Source: Oikopleura dioica
Taxonomy: Eukaryota; Animalia; Chordata
Direction of reading: 5' to 3'
Length of the DNA stretch: 64,000 bases
Assembly: GCA_907165135.1 (NCBI GenBank)
Contig: OU015567.1
Span: forward strand, 13,826,001 to 13,890,000
The notes under the pieces were generated by a model, which had not been told where the DNA came from, ran no database searches, and worked only from the letters and a program-made list of their open reading frames with translations. This document shows positions 25,731 to 40,000 of the stretch, one piece after another; the first letter of the stretch is position 1; every line of letters starts with the position of its first letter. The position numbers were made by a program, and so were the translations under genes.

Positions 25731-27104
25731 CTACTCTTTTATAGATTTTAATTATTTACACATCTCCCCCTCTTCTTTCGGACTGAAGCTGCTCAGCTCT
25801 GATTTCGGTTTTATATAAGGCTCGTTTCTATTCATTCTGACGAAATGAATATAATTCTTGTGGTCTCTTTATTTTACCTTCTTCAGTCACGGGTCCTTTC
25901 AGTGCAAAAACGGTGTTTTAGCGACGCATCCTCTTTAAAAAGAGATCTCTGTAAGACCTTCCCGAAAGATCTGATCCTTTCTAAATAAGAAAAAGAAAGA
26001 TATTGGTTCGGAATGTCCAGCAAACCTCAATATCTATTATCGCTTAATTTCAACGGCCAGAAAGCAGGTCACGTGGGAATAAGGAGAATTAAATGTTCCA
26101 AAACCATTGAAAATCATGGATTTCCCTGAACGAGAGGGGTTAATTCTGTGTAACGTGAGGCGTGGTGGCTTTGGGTTGATACATCAAGAGTCTAAAAATG
26201 GGGTCTAAAAATTAAGTACTGTAATGTGTCTAAAAGTATTTTAGACAGAACAAATTTTCAAACAGAAGATTTTTGATTCTCAGTGAGAATTTCTCACAGT
26301 TATTTTTTAATTATTTATTTCAGTAATTACAGATCTACGTCAAGTTCATTTGGCAAAGTCTTTGCCAACATGCAGTTATCCGGGACTACATTGGTCTCCC
26401 TGATTCCAATCCGATCGCAAGAAAACTGCAACTGTGAAGTTTTGCGATCCGAAGTTCAAGCAAAAACAACCAAGCTGCAGATTTCTTTGTTTCTTCTTCG
26501 AAAAAAGATCTATGTTACGCCTTTGTTCGCCAGGATTGCTTCATAACACTGCTCAGAAGAGAACATTTATCGAAGCGAAGTTATGTTTCTTGCGAAATTA
26601 ATTGAAGAGGTAATTTTTCGTTAGAGTAAAGAAATCGAGTAAACTGTTTAGCCGTGCGACTTTGAAGAGAGGAACAGTGGATACCGATAATTGTCGATTT
26701 GCGATTCAAATTCAATTTTAATCAACCTATTTTCATTACAATTCATTTCAAATGCCCATTTTCGTTATTTTGAGAATATCCAATATCTTTCACCCAATAT
26801 CTGCCGGTTCAGCGTTGATAAGTTTCATTTAAAGTGCGTAAACAATCTACTTTGGGCAATTTACTTCAGCTAATCTGACTTTTTCGCAGGAGAAAAAACT
26901 AATTACACTCGTCACTTTTTTTGGGCAAAGAATGATCGACCAGCAAAATGGCATCCAAAGTAAAAGTGCGAAGAGAAATAAGAGATTCTTAAGAAAAAGG
27001 GTTTTAAATTAAAGAAATTGCCATCAAAATGCTCAGACTCTATTTTCATGACCCTGTGACAGTCACAGACTTGTAGAACTTTCCGCCCCTGCTCCTCGAA
27101 AAAG

Positions 27105-28300
27105 AGACGATGGAACATCTGACTACAAGCCTCAATACCCTCTTCCCGAGTGGCGAACCCAGGAGCCCATTAGCCGGGGTTTCTCGTGATCCCTCCTTTT
27201 AAAAAGCAGAACATTTTCGGAGAACCCGACCACAGATCAATTTCAAAGGCTGCGCTGCGTCATGTGGCCTCGATCCGAACGTGTCAATTATCCCGACCAA
27301 AGCAGCTTTTTGCTGATCGAATAAACTCCATCTCCGGAACATCTAGGTAAGCCAAATTGACCTCGCGTTGACGAAAATGGGAATCAAGGAGCTTGAACTT
27401 TATAAAAATCGAAGATCTGGCGACGCCGAGGAGCCGAAGAAGAAAGTTTTATGAGAGCTTGGATTTAAGGTACTACTACCATTCTTTCTTAATTCTCCAT
27501 CAATCATACTTTCAAGGTCATAATCCTTATCATTTTTGTTTTATAAGACGTTGATTTCTTTAACTAGTCCTGAAGACAAGCCACAACTTCCAAAATACAC
27601 CCCGATGCGGAGCGCTAGAATGGTTGAATCTTCGAATCCACTGTACAAGTCTATCAAAGCCAAAACAAAGCAAGACAGACTAATAATCCCACGAAAAGTC
27701 GACGAGCAACGACTAATCGGTAAAAAGCAATTGCCTGTCTATTGAGCCAATATCTCAACTTCAGAATTGGCCCAGCCAAAATCGGATCATCGAGCGGCCA
27801 CTCCTCCGAACTTGCCAAATGGAAACCATGTGTTCGTGTCTGAAAAAATTATTGAACTGGCGAAGCCAAAGACAAAGGCTAGAGGTAGCGATAGACAACC
27901 TTGCTCTTTCGAAAAGTAGACAGGTACATTTTTTCTTAAGAAAATGCTGATCAACGAGGAACAGCTGTAAACAGGACAAACAGTAAATTGCAAAAAGTAA
28001 TTTCGTCAAAAACAGCGTCAAAAGCTGCAAGTAACAGTGTAGGTTTTTTCTTTCTTTTTGTAATTCTTAATGATTTCCTTGCATAGAAAACCAACAACAA
28101 AGAAGATTAAGAAAGAGTGTTCAAAAATAAGTTCGCAAATTGCATTTTGCAAAAACCGCTCAGAATAATTAAGAACACAAAACAAGCAATTACAGCGCCG
28201 CCGTGAGGTCAAAATCTAAAAATGCATTAGCAATGTCCGAAAATGTTCCGTCTAAAACATCTCTTCCGACTTCGCTGCCAAGAATAAAATAGGTCAGAAT
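27105..28300 (+). CDS. Hypothetical multi-exon protein with ELAxPK (THEG-like) motifs
   Basis: Spliced segments give RLI/ELAQPK and IIELAKPK; short GT-AG introns; boundaries poorly defined. Confidence 0.3.
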
Positions 28301-28365
28301 ATTCAAACTCATTATCGTGATCATGGTTTATTTGATATGTACATATACACAGGTGACTGTTTTTG

Positions 28366-28800
28366 TTATTTGACCAAAAGTTCATTCGCTCCTTCTTCCC
28401 AAATTATAATTCCAGATGAAATTTCTTGCTCCGTTCTTCTCAAAATTACTCGTGGCTTTTGTTCTTCGTTACAGTGGTGTCGCATTTTTACAGTCATCGA
28501 TCGGAAGAGTCGGTTTTTCCGGTTGAAATACGGAGTCGTTGGTTTTTCCTCGGAGTTCAAAGTTGAGCGATCGAAGATTTTTGCGAGATTTTTGAAACTG
28601 CTTCTAAGGGTCTTGATTTTCTTGGCCCGGACGCTGGAATTGGATTTGTTGAGAATTGAGCTTTCAGCGACGGCTTCGCGGCGGAGATCGAGCTCGGATC
28701 GAACTGTCCCGTCTTTTCGGAGCTTTAGAGGTGGTGGAACCAGGTTGCGATCCATGATTGCTGGGTCAAAGCTTCGTCGGGTTTTTCTGATAGCAGGCAT
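28366..28800 (-). CDS. Hypothetical basic protein (144 aa, single exon)
   Basis: ATG ORF with AATAAA ~35 nt after the stop; no recognisable domain. Confidence 0.4.
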   Translation of the reverse strand: MPAIRKTRRSFDPAIMDRNLVPPPLKLRKDGTVRSELDLRREAVAESSILNKSNSSVRAKKIKTLRSSFKNLAKIFDRSTLNSEEKPTTPYFNRKNRLFRSMTVKMRHHCNEEQKPRVILRRTEQEISSGIIIWEEGANELLVK

Positions 28801-30635
28801 TGTATTCTTTTTTACGAGGATTCTTGCGTTTTATTGGAAACGAGAGGATGATATGACTTCCGGATGGAATTAACGATCCTTAAATCGGTATTGGTGGCGC
28901 TGTTTGGTCACCTGGTCACAGTCGCCTGGTCGCGAGAAATGAACCTGCTGGTAATCAAGCGCATGTGCGCGCAGTCTAGCCGGAAGATCGTCAGCTGGCA
29001 CGAGCGACACGGATATACATCCCCTGCCAGGTGCACCTGCTGATATGGTGACAGTTCCTGAGAAAACAGAAACAATTAAACCCATCTCAAAGTTCATCGA
29101 TGCTTTTCTTTCAAAACAAGAATGGTCAGTTTTAATCACTCCCCTCAAAATTTCATGCTTTCAAAAACTGGCAAAAGAAAGCTTCGCGGCTTGAAATCAA
29201 GAAAAGTGCACCCCTCGGTATTTCGATATTCGTTTAGATGACTGTAATTTCTTGATTTTCAAAAGATGCTGCTTCTTACTAATCAAGAAGCAATATTCAA
29301 ATAAACAAAAAATACATTTTCGAGGAATTTAAAAAAGGGTTGAGAGTGTTTCTTTTTGTTTCCGCAATTCGAAGTTTGTTCATTGTTTTGACAAATAAAG
29401 GAAGAGGATAAAAGAGGGAGAGAGCGGCGAAGAAGAGTACTATTTATTCAGTGATACGTTCAACCCCTTTTGAGTGAGTCAAACCAACGACCAGAGCACT
29501 TTCAGCGAACAATACAGGGCTCTCTACTATCGTCTCTATTCATGTCTTTTGTTACTTCCTTTTTTATATTACTTTCATCCCTTTGTTTTAAAATTAGAGC
29601 AGCGCTCTTTTGGGCTTGAAATTTCTTCTGGCTATTTTTCGAAAAATCAATTAGAAACCCTAACCCAACCCTACTAAAAGATTTTTTGTAAGAATTCTAA
29701 AAAGAATTATTAAGGGGGTATCTGAGCTAAATTCATGACAAATTTCTTCGACTTTTTATAAAGAAATCATTTATTTTCGATGTGTCTTTTCTTCAAGCCC
29801 AGAATAATAGGGTCTCGGTTGTTTGAAAGTAACAATTTTTGTAGAAAAATGTCTTTCATATAAACCCTTTTTATGTTTTCCCGCGAAATCTTTCAAACAA
29901 AAAGTCGACCAAAGAATGTCTCCAGTTATTGTGTTTGCAAGATAAAAGCGTTATTGTATCGACATAATGAAATTGAAAAGAAAGCATAATGCGCCAAACA
30001 AGGTACATTTCTTCTATTCTCCCTTATTGTCTTTTTTTTGTCGCCACTTGAAATCCTATGTCTCGGCGTTATTTTACGAGCCAGCTCGTCCATCAAAAAA
30101 TGCGAAGTCGTTTTTTCACGGTGGCTAAGCTCAAAAGGCCCCTTTTTTCGTAATAATTTTTACGACCCAACTTTTTTCTTCTTTTCCAACAATAGTAGTA
30201 ATAATTTTTCTAGCGCTCTCTTGCGCTGGCCAAAAGAGAAAACGCGAGTTATTCTTCTTTCAAAAAACGGCTCCGACCAGAGCGCGACAAAGACCCCAGG
30301 AGAGGGACAAAAGAGCACAGCAGCTAGTAGACTCCTTAAGACAATACACTGAACAGCCACCCTTACTCCTGGGCGAGCTTTTCAAGCCGCTCTTAAGAAA
30401 ACTTGAAGCTCCCCTCTTGCCATTCAGTTTTAAACCAACTCCGAAAACAGAAAAAAAGAGAGGGAGAGAGAGCCCTAAGAAGAAAAAAAATAAAGAAAAA
30501 GAAAAACACAAAGTTTCGACTTTGACTTTTCGCCGAGTTCGGAAGTTGATTCGAATTTTTTCACCTTAGGCTCGGCCCAGGCGAGCTGAGAAAAAACACG
30601 AGCTGGAGCAGAACACGACGAATACAACGAGCAAC

Positions 30636-32897
30636 ATGGAAAACAAGGAAGTGAGAGTGAAAAGACCGATGAATGCCTTCATGGTCTGGTCGAGAGAACA
30701 GAGGAAGATTTTATCAAAGGTAAGAGAAGAATTTTTTTCTTTGTTTATTGTAAGGTTTATTTCTTTTTTTTGATTTTTTGAAATCATGGAGGAGTAAGAA
30801 ATTAAGTATTTCTTTGTAGCAATTTCCAAAGATGCATAATTCTGAAATTTCGCGAAATTTGGGCGAGCGCTGGAGGCAACTAAACGAGGATGAAAAGATA
30901 CCATTCGTGGACGAGGCGAAACGGTTGAGAGCGCAGCACATGAAAGAGCACCCGGATTACAAGTACCGTCCTCGTCGCCGCCAACGGGTTAGTCTTTTTA
31001 ACCTTTCGAGAAATTAAATGTTGAATTTTCGATTGCGACTATAACGAGTCTTTTTTAGCCAAGTGACTCTTCAAAAGCCGAAACAGCTAGAACAGAGCTT
31101 CCAGCCCCTGCTCAGGTAATAATAAGTGCATCAGATGATAAAAATACGCTGATGCCAATTTTGTTTTATGAATTGAAAATATCTCCTTTGAGCTCCCATT
31201 CTAAAGGGACAATAGGGCTTGATGAAAGACTTGAGTTGTTGGGAACTAAATGGAACAATGGAGCATATTGTACTGCGCTCGGCTCAAGTTCTTTGACGCA
31301 GGAGCGCAATACTGTGCCTTATCTCTGTAAAATATAGCCAGAATTTGAATATTTTCTATCTCATCGCAGGCTTTTTTTGCTTGATTATCCAAAATTATCT
31401 TCGCTGATTTGAGCCGAAAACTGCTCTTTGATTGCCCCAAATATCTTTGGGAAAAATCTCTAGGGCCTCTGAATCGTCAAATCAACTATTTAGGGACCTT
31501 TTTCTGAAGAAATATTGATTGTTTTGGCCTTATAGATTTAGTTTCAATCCAAAAATTTATCAGAATTAGGAATTTTGACCTCGTCTTTTGGGTCCAAATC
31601 CCAGATTCTTCAACTAGAAAGTCACATGGGCATTATTTTGTTACGAAAGTTACTGATGCCTGTGAACAACAATTTGACCTCTTATTGTGATGGACGAGCT
31701 AACAATAGCGCGCCAAATTGGTGGCCTCACCAAGCTGGCGAAATTGATTTCGCCATGAATGGGAAAAATAAAAATTCTTGAATAGCTGGGTATTATGGTG
31801 AGCCCATTGTTGCAGCGAACTCAAGTCGTTTTTATCAAGAGGCATTGTCCCGGACACAGAATGGGTTTCAATGGGCCGGCTTTTTTAACGCTTTGAATAG
31901 CGCTAGAATCTACGTTTAGGCGCCGAAGTTGTCCGTTGGCGAGCCGAAAGTGACTACAGTAGTCGCTGGAAATGGCGAAATCAGAAGCCCACTGCCAGTG
32001 GTTCAGATGCAGCCTGGAACGAACATTATGCAGTCCTCGCTCAACTTCATTCCTTATCAAACATACACCCAGCATCCTAACATTCAACATGCAACTGTTT
32101 TACAAGAGGTAACCTCATTTCATTCATTCATCCTTCATTCAGCTTATCAATTTTTAGACGATGGACGTAGAGCCAAACGTAGTCCCAATTGACGAAGGAG
32201 AAAACATCGTCCTAGGAAAAGTAGAGCCAATCAAGTCTGAACCGCTAGAAACCGTCACTTCCACTGGACAAGAGCCCAGCATAGATATTCCTGTCACTTC
32301 TGTCGCCGAATTTAGCCAGCTTCAAGCCGGTCAGCCCCGTTTCTCAAATATTTTTCTCATGATTCTTTTAGTCGATCAAAAGCCAATAATAAGAAAACGA
32401 GAGCCATCCCGTCTTTGTCTCATCAAAGGAGATCATTTAGTACACATTGAAGAATCAGAAGCGTTAGCGGAAATTTTAGGTAAAATCTTAATCATGAACA
32501 AAATTTTAATTCATTTTCAGCGAAGCAAGAGTCGCCCTCCTTGCGGGATGTCACCTTTCACTTCAAATCAGAAAACATGAGCCAGATAGCAAGGCAATCT
32601 TCCCATCCCGAACCACAGTTTGTCCCGCAGGTCCAAACAATCTACACCAGAGCCGATTCAAATGGGAAAATGTTGACCCCCGTATCGATACACAATCACG
32701 TAAGCCCATCAAAACCCGACAAGCACTAACCCAATCGCTAGAGTCAGCCAGCAATGATCCAGCCTTCTCAATTTCAACCATGGTACGCAACAGGTGGTCA
32801 ACCCGGCCACGTGATCATCGTCCCAACACCGTCAATGATTCCCCAGTCCGGTCTAGTCCCAGTCGACCAGTCTGTCCGAGTAGAGGGACAGTTCTGA
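30636..32897 (+). CDS. Sox-family (SoxB-like) HMG-box transcription factor
   Basis: [75 protein letters not shown]; Gln/Pro/Val-rich downstream exons. Confidence 0.92.
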
Positions 32898-33061
32898 TAT
32901 TTACTTGAAAAAAGTTCAACAACTTATACAAAGAATAAACAATAAATCACACAAAAACGTTGATAATCAATTTGCGATTCTAGTTCATATTTTCTCTAGA
33001 CCAGCAATTCCATGAGCGTTGAAATGATTTTATTGACATTGAAAAGAAAAGCGATTTACTA

Positions 33062-33827
33062 ATGCCAGAGAATATAAGTCTCCAAACTACGACTGAAACA
33101 GCTGGTTCAGCAACAAACAGACATCCTCGTATAAATGACCCTCCACCACCTTACAAACGAGGGGATCCGCCACCAGCATATGCAGAGATAGAGGTATCAA
33201 GATCTTACTTTGAAATTTGAACTGAATCTTATTCCATAAAAGTTCAATTCACGAAGAGATTTCATCCTCGAAGTCATTCCAGAGAGTCCAACGCCATCGT
33301 TTCAAACATCATTGGGAGACACATTCGCAATTTACGAAAACCCAACTCTCGCAGGCTCCACTAGAGGAGGGCGCCAAGATAAATTCTCGAGGGTTTACTT
33401 GTGGCTTGTTCTATTTCTCGGGTAATTTTTCTAAGAATTTCTTATTGTCATTGTATCCTTCATTCAGACTCGTTGCATTGAGATATCTTTTCTTTACATG
33501 GCAGCTATCAAGAGTTGCATCTAAATTTGATCATCACGATTCTCCCGATTACTTTATTTCGTGGAAAGAGGACCCTGATTTGTTACATGACGAGACTAAA
33601 ACGGTATGATTTTTATTAAATTAAATTGGTCTCTACCTTTTAGGAAGGAGCTAGAAGGAGAAAAAGTCCACTTTTACACAAACACAGAAGAAGAGGAAGA
33701 TAAGGAAATTTTCTTCGTGACTAAAAAGCATTCATCTTCTGGTTCAATGAATTCAGTGTCGATTACTTCTCAGAAAACTTCTGACACAGGCAATAATTCC
33801 AACACAACCTCGAATCTCCCCCCTTGA
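33062..33827 (+). CDS. Single-pass membrane protein with two PY motifs
   Basis: PPPPY and PPPAY in exon 1; TM segment VYLWLVLFLGLVALRYLFFTW; four exons. Confidence 0.55.
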
Positions 33828-35184
33828 ACACCCGTAAGAGGGACTTTTTAAAGCTTTTTTTCTGAAGTACTTACTGTTCCACCTTTATCAATAAAAATTA
33901 ATTCACACACAAAATGTCTCGCAATTTGAATTTCACGTTCTCGTAGCTATTAAAAATTGGCGACGAGTCGCTGCTAATTCCCGATCCAGCTCGTTTATTT
34001 GAAAATCGGGTACTTTGACGAACCAGATCAAGCTAAAAATTATCCGCTAATACATTCAATCTTGTAGATTTTTTCGGGAATAAATTTTGTTGAACATCAA
34101 ATTTGACGAGTTCATTTTCAAAGAGAGAGCGTTAAATCGAATGAAAACTTTTCATTACCACGCCTTGCCACTAAGCCCCTTGATGTTAAAAACGAGAGAA
34201 TATGGTTATACAGAATTATTATTAAGAGTTGGTCGTTGTTCAGCATTTCGCAAGTTTCGTTAATTTTACTAACATGCATGGACACTAAAGTCCTCTTTTG
34301 TGGTTCAAAACAAGTTTAGGGTAAGGTTTCCCTCACTTAGCATAATTTTTGGGTGTGGGATTACCGTTTGTCATTGAAATAAAGAAAAAAATAATACCAT
34401 ACAGAAGTATACAAAAGAAGTGGACTCGTTTAGCAGGATTTTTGTAGAAGGCAAACTTATAACAAGGCTCGACCGGTCGGGCGGTTGAGGAAACTATCAG
34501 ATTATTGACCAATACGTATGACCTTGTAGCCCTAGTGTGATCTTGCCGTCCGCTAAGCCATTTTTTCATGAAAATGAAGGCTTCAGGATGAAACTATGTG
34601 TCCATCCACTGGTTGATTACGAGTTTGGTATTAATACTGTTTAAATTATTGATATAATTTAATCAAATATTTCGGATAATATTTTAACGCACCTTATCTG
34701 CTCGTTTTCTACTGGAAACATTTTTGCGGGTTGTAGTTCTTAAGTGCTATTCAAGAGGAATTTCCAGTACCCGGTCTTCCTTTAGACTCTCATGCTTGGA
34801 GATCTTGAACTCTGATGACTTGGAACAGTTAAATTAAATTGGATCGCTTCGCAGTGAATTTCAAAGGATCTTTTTCTTTCTAAAATGCGCCATGAATATT
34901 CAGAATATTCTAGTTTCGGAGATTTTTCTTAAATTTTCAGTTTTTTCCGTTAATTTTAATTACATGTTAGCGGTTGAATTTCTTTTCTTTATTTGGTGTC
35001 CAGCACGACCAAAGCAAAGAATTATCTGAAACATCGATGCTGACTTAATGGTTTTGTTTATGGTGCAACCATAACCCTTCACGTTTGTAACGGTGCTCAG
35101 GAGCGCCGCACTCGATTTCACGAGCGCGCGCGCAGTGTTTTTATGCTAAAAAGGCTAAGATACTGAGCCCGAAAGAGTACTAAA

Positions 35185-36902
35185 ATGAAGTTTTCCAAGA
35201 TTGTCGCTTCCGCCGGTTTCACTGCAAATGCTGCTAGAGATGCCTGTTCACATAATCCTTGTGAATTCAAATGCACACGTAAGTTTTAAGGTGGAGTTTT
35301 TTTCATTGCAAAACAAATATTCTTTCGTACTTACTTATGGTCATTACAGTCGAATCTCTGTTAGATAGAACATGCATTTTTTGTTACAATTAAAATAATT
35401 AGTAGTACATTATTTCCGTAAATAGCCTTTAAACTAGAAATTCAAGCAGTAAAACGACTGAAAAACGATTAATTTAAAACCGCCGAAAAATTTTTCTCGT
35501 AGCTTTATCGAGGATATAACCCTAACGTCAGCAATGCTGCAGTAGAAAAATTTTGATCTGGTGTAACTTAATTATCTCAAGTCAGAATTCCAACTAGTAA
35601 GTGATAGTTTCGTTCGTCGTGTGTGAAATTGATTCCTCGAGTGATGCTCAAATAATTTACCATGGAAAATCTTGTACTCCAATCTGTCTTGTGACGGATT
35701 TTGTAAGATAAAAAATGTTTTGATTTTTATTATCTCAGCGTTTTCGGAAAGCTGCTCATTTCGTTCGGAAGGGTGGTATTTTCTAACTTCCTAAAGATGA
35801 AATTTTGAATTAAATTTAGAAATTTAGAATTTAGAAAAATTTAGAAATTCTAAAGCACTCACTCTTATTGAATCACTTCAAATTATACGAGATAATTGTT
35901 TATACGAGTCGTATAATACGACGGTTATTTTGGTTGTTATCACATCCAGTTAATTGCTTTCGTTATTAGCGTTAATAACAGCCCTAGTTGTAATGTTAGC
36001 CACAAACATCAAATCTAAACCGTAAACTTTGCAAGTTACAAGCTGCTACCCTAGCTTCATTGAAATATTTTGCCAACTGCGTATTACTAACGTGACGAAG
36101 TTTTCAGTAAAAACAGGAGCCGGAGGTTTTCTTTGTCTTTTCGCAAAGTAAAAATGAATGTTTTTAGTTTAGATTAACGTCGTTTTCCGCAACGGAACAA
36201 GCCTTTGTCGGCTTAAGTTGAGTGGAACACAAAACATAAGCTTTCTTTTTTCTAGCGATCGACGACGTCAAGTTCACCTGTTCCTGCCCTGAGGGGTACG
36301 ACATCGCTGCTTTCGATAAAAAGCGCTGCGTCGATATCGACGAGTGCGCAAATCTGGACTTATCTCCGTGCTCCAAAGCCGAGAGTTGCTACAATTTCGA
36401 TGGCGGTTTCGAATGCGTCTGCGACAAAGTCAACACTGGATTCAAAGATGGAAAGTGCCAATTCGAAGATCCCTGCGAAAGCTTTCCTTGTGGAAAACTC
36501 AGAAATTGCGTCTTGGATGAAGATAATTCTCCCCGATGCGAACTCAATATCCTTACTTATTACAAAAAAGCTAAAAATTTAAGTGAAAACATTCGCGCCC
36601 GTCTTGGTTCAGCGCTGAATCGAGGACGAGGTCGAAATTTAAAGCGACTTCAAGTGGTCGAAGATCAGTTCAGAAAATATTTGATCGAAAGAAATGACGA
36701 TTGTGAGTATCAGGTAGATGCGTTAGAGACGGTTCTCAAATCGGTGGAGAGCAAGTTGGACCATCTATCCGATGCCGAGGTGGAGGAACATGTTTTCATG
36801 CTGGAAGAAATCTTTGGCGGCAAAATGCTTTGCTTAGATAGTGTAGGACACGAACTGGCGATAGAAATGAAGATTGATAGGAAAAAGCACGCCAATAATT
36901 AG
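35185..36902 (+). CDS. Secreted EGF / calcium-binding EGF protein with a helical C-terminus
   Basis: Signal-like MKFSKIVASAGFTANA; CSHNPC..FTCSCPEGY; CVDIDECA..CYNFDGGFECVC; DPCESFPC; intron 35279-36255. Confidence 0.85.
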
Positions 36903-37636
36903 TTAAAAAGCTTCAAATATTATTTGCTAACCATATTCAATTGTAAATAAATCCATTCAAGAAAATTATTCTTTATTATGTGTTCATATTAAAAAAGAAT
37001 TCTTGCGGTAAGTTTATGAAAAAGATTTTTGAGCAAATCGAAATTTTTTTTGTGTTCTCTTCCATGTCTCCAAGTAGGCATTGTAAAAATCAAACGGGCG
37101 AATGAAATTACAATTTATAAGCATAACCCTTTGTTTCTTAATATTAAATATCAAGAAGAAAACATAAAATTGTAAGTACATGTCAAGTGTCGTAATGTTA
37201 TTTATGTTGCATAAACTCACGTTTGTTATTAATAATAGCGCGTCGTGGCCGACTTGTAATCATTTTTTTAGATAGTAATGTTTATGATGATTACTCAACT
37301 TAAAATTACTAATTTGCAACTGCAAATTGCCGTCAATACTTTCGCTGGATTTCTCAGAAAAGCATCGGAAAGGGCAAAAGTAAATACAGTGCTAACTTTT
37401 ATAGATTACTGTTCTCGCATTTATTTGCATGGTGGTCGCAGTCTATTGACCTTGCTATATTGCTATAAAAGTGCCCGGTGTTTGCCGAACTTAGAAGAGA
37501 AAAGAAATCTAATTTAACGATATTCTAGTTGAATTACAAAGCATAGCATAACAAGTGCAAACATTACGTACCTAATAAATATAGCTTTAAATACTTGTTC
37601 CGTCTTGGCCTTTCCGTTCAGAAAAGAGAGAAAATC

Positions 37637-39208
37637 ATGAGTGAAGGAAAAGCAACAATTTTTCTTGCTGTTTTGGAGACATTTCTTTGTTGTGGGACAA
37701 TTTTTGGCTGGGCGAACTTAGTGAAGATATTTTACGAAGAGGGTTTTTACAGGAAATGACTTTCAAAGTATTTATAGCGATTTCTTCTTCATGAAATAGA
37801 GAATCATCATCTCGATCGGACGAATTTGTAAGTCAAAAAAGTGAAGGGAGAACCGATGCAGAGCAAAAAGCCGAGCTCAATTCGATATTCGCCATTGGGT
37901 CCAGCTTAACATCTTTTGGAACAATCGTCTTTGGCGCTGTTTTTGACAAATTCGGAAGCTTCTGGACCCGAACCTTTGCCGTCTTCTTATGCTTCATTGG
38001 AAACGCCTGTCTATTTCTTGCTTCTCCGAATGAGACCGATATGTAGGTCGTGTTTGTCCAAACAAATATTAATTCTGTTTTGTAGACTTGTCACAGTTGG
38101 CCTTGGATTCGTGGCTGTGGCGGGAGTGACCTTGTTGATAACTCAAATGCAAATCTGCAATTTGTTTGCTGAGTCGCGCGGCAAAGTCCTCAGCCTTTGT
38201 AACGGAGCGATGGATTCTAGCTCTGCATCTGCGCTGCTTCTCTATTCGATCTATTCTTGGTCGGGAAGCTATCACCTCGTCTGGATTTGTTTTACTTCAT
38301 TTCTTTCCTTGGCGATTTATCGGACAATGTTTGTTCTGCCAAAAACCATCATTCCTTACCCCCTTCCTGATGATTACAATCACACTCCTGCAGTTCGAAA
38401 TCTGTGTTCCAACGAAACGCAGTCTTTGGACGAATTCGAGGAAGAGAAAAAAGAACTCAACCCAGTCAAACCTAACATTGACCCATTTTTGTCTACGAAA
38501 GTGCTTTTCTCTCCACTTTTTTGGTCAAACACGATTTTCTTCACCATCCAAGTGTACCGTTCTTACAGTTATCTGGCGCTTGTGACTGATAGTACCGCGG
38601 AAATTATTCAACTTGCTGGGGAGAATTTGACGCTGGCGGAAGCGCAAGAAGAAGCTGGGGAGATGACAAAGCATTTTGCTTATGTTCAGTTTTTCGGAGT
38701 ATTCATTGCGTTTTTGAACGGATTTATTATCGACAAAGGTAGCACTGAAAAGTTGTATTTGAAGTTAGCTTTTTTAGTCATCGAAAAAACAAATGACATC
38801 CACAAAGGCCTATCCGCCGGAGTAGCCTGCACAAGCTCCCTTGGCATCGCCTTTTCAATCCTCTATCTCATCCCTTCCAAATATGCGCAGTACGGAACCA
38901 TGATCTTCTCTGTCTTTCATCGTTCATTTACATTTGGAATCAACGCCACTGTTATTGCGATGAGTTTTCCAATGGAGCATTTCGGCAAACTCTATGGCAT
39001 CGCTGGGGTAAGACTAAAATAATCTAAAGCAAGAGATTTATTCCTTATTTAGCTTGGAGGAGTAGTAGCGAGTTATGCAATCAATTTGACGATAAATCTC
39101 CTTCCCGAATACGGTCATTTTACTGTAAATAAGTTTATACTTCTGTTGGAAATTATCTCTTTTCTACATGCTCTGGTTGTACTCAGATATAGAAATCAAA
39201 AGCAATAA
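37637..39208 (+). CDS. SLC43-family (LAT3/4, SLC43A3-like) MFS transporter
   Basis: ETFLCCGTIFGWANLVKIFYEEGFY; GAVFDKFG; FPMEHFGKLYG; multiple TM segments. Confidence 0.85.
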
Positions 39209-39980
39209 ATTCATTTTTTCTTGAAAATTTCTTGAACTCAAATTTTCTTGCGAGGAAACTTGTGTTTATGGCTAAGCAAGAAAAATATATGCTGGTTGAG
39301 GTTTGCGCGAAAGATACGTTTTGGCGTGTAGTACTTTGCGGGCGAATTTGGCCGAAAATTATTTTTCCTTCTTGCTGCGGGAAACATAATGCTCGTGCAA
39401 AGTATTTTTGGTGAAAATATTTACAGGGCAAAGAGCGACGAGAATAAGGGCCCTCCCTGCCCTCTCAGAACGCCGCTCAGCCTAAAAATGCATTTTGCCG
39501 CTAATGAGCTGCCCACTTTTTCAAACACAGAGAAACGGGGGAACTGAAGAAGTCTGAACTTCTTTCTCTTTCAAGCGGTAAGTTTATGTTTTGCTTGAAA
39601 ACGAATCGAGGGGGGACGCTGCTTTCTGTGGAAATACGATTTCCGACTTTAATACAACTCGAGTCAAGGCTCGTTTTTACAAGCTCGAACTTGGAAAACA
39701 CGTGTTTTTCGAATTCAAGTCTGAGAAAAGGACTTTAGACTCTAAAGTTTAGAGGAAATAATTTATTCAGCGAGGGAAAATCGAAAGGAACCAATTGACA
39801 AAGCCGAAGTAAAATCGCGCCAGGAATAGACGTTTTCGCGCCTCCAGGATCCGAGGGGGAACCATCCCTTCGGTTCGTTGTACATCTTTAAGGGGGCCAC
39901 AATGCTATCTTCTATAAAAAAACTAAATTTTCGAACCATACCATAGATATGTTCGATTCTCTTTAGTTGACGGAGAATAT

Positions 39981-40000
39981 AACCCTAACCCTAACCCTAA
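39981..40000. repeat. Short telomere-like (AACCCT)3 tract
   Basis: AACCCTAACCCTAACCCTAA; possibly inside a small TTAA-flanked GGG...CCC element at 39892-40018. Confidence 0.6.

Noticed and set aside
39981-40000. True telomere or chromosome fusion scar
   Set aside because: Only three units, embedded among ordinary genes.
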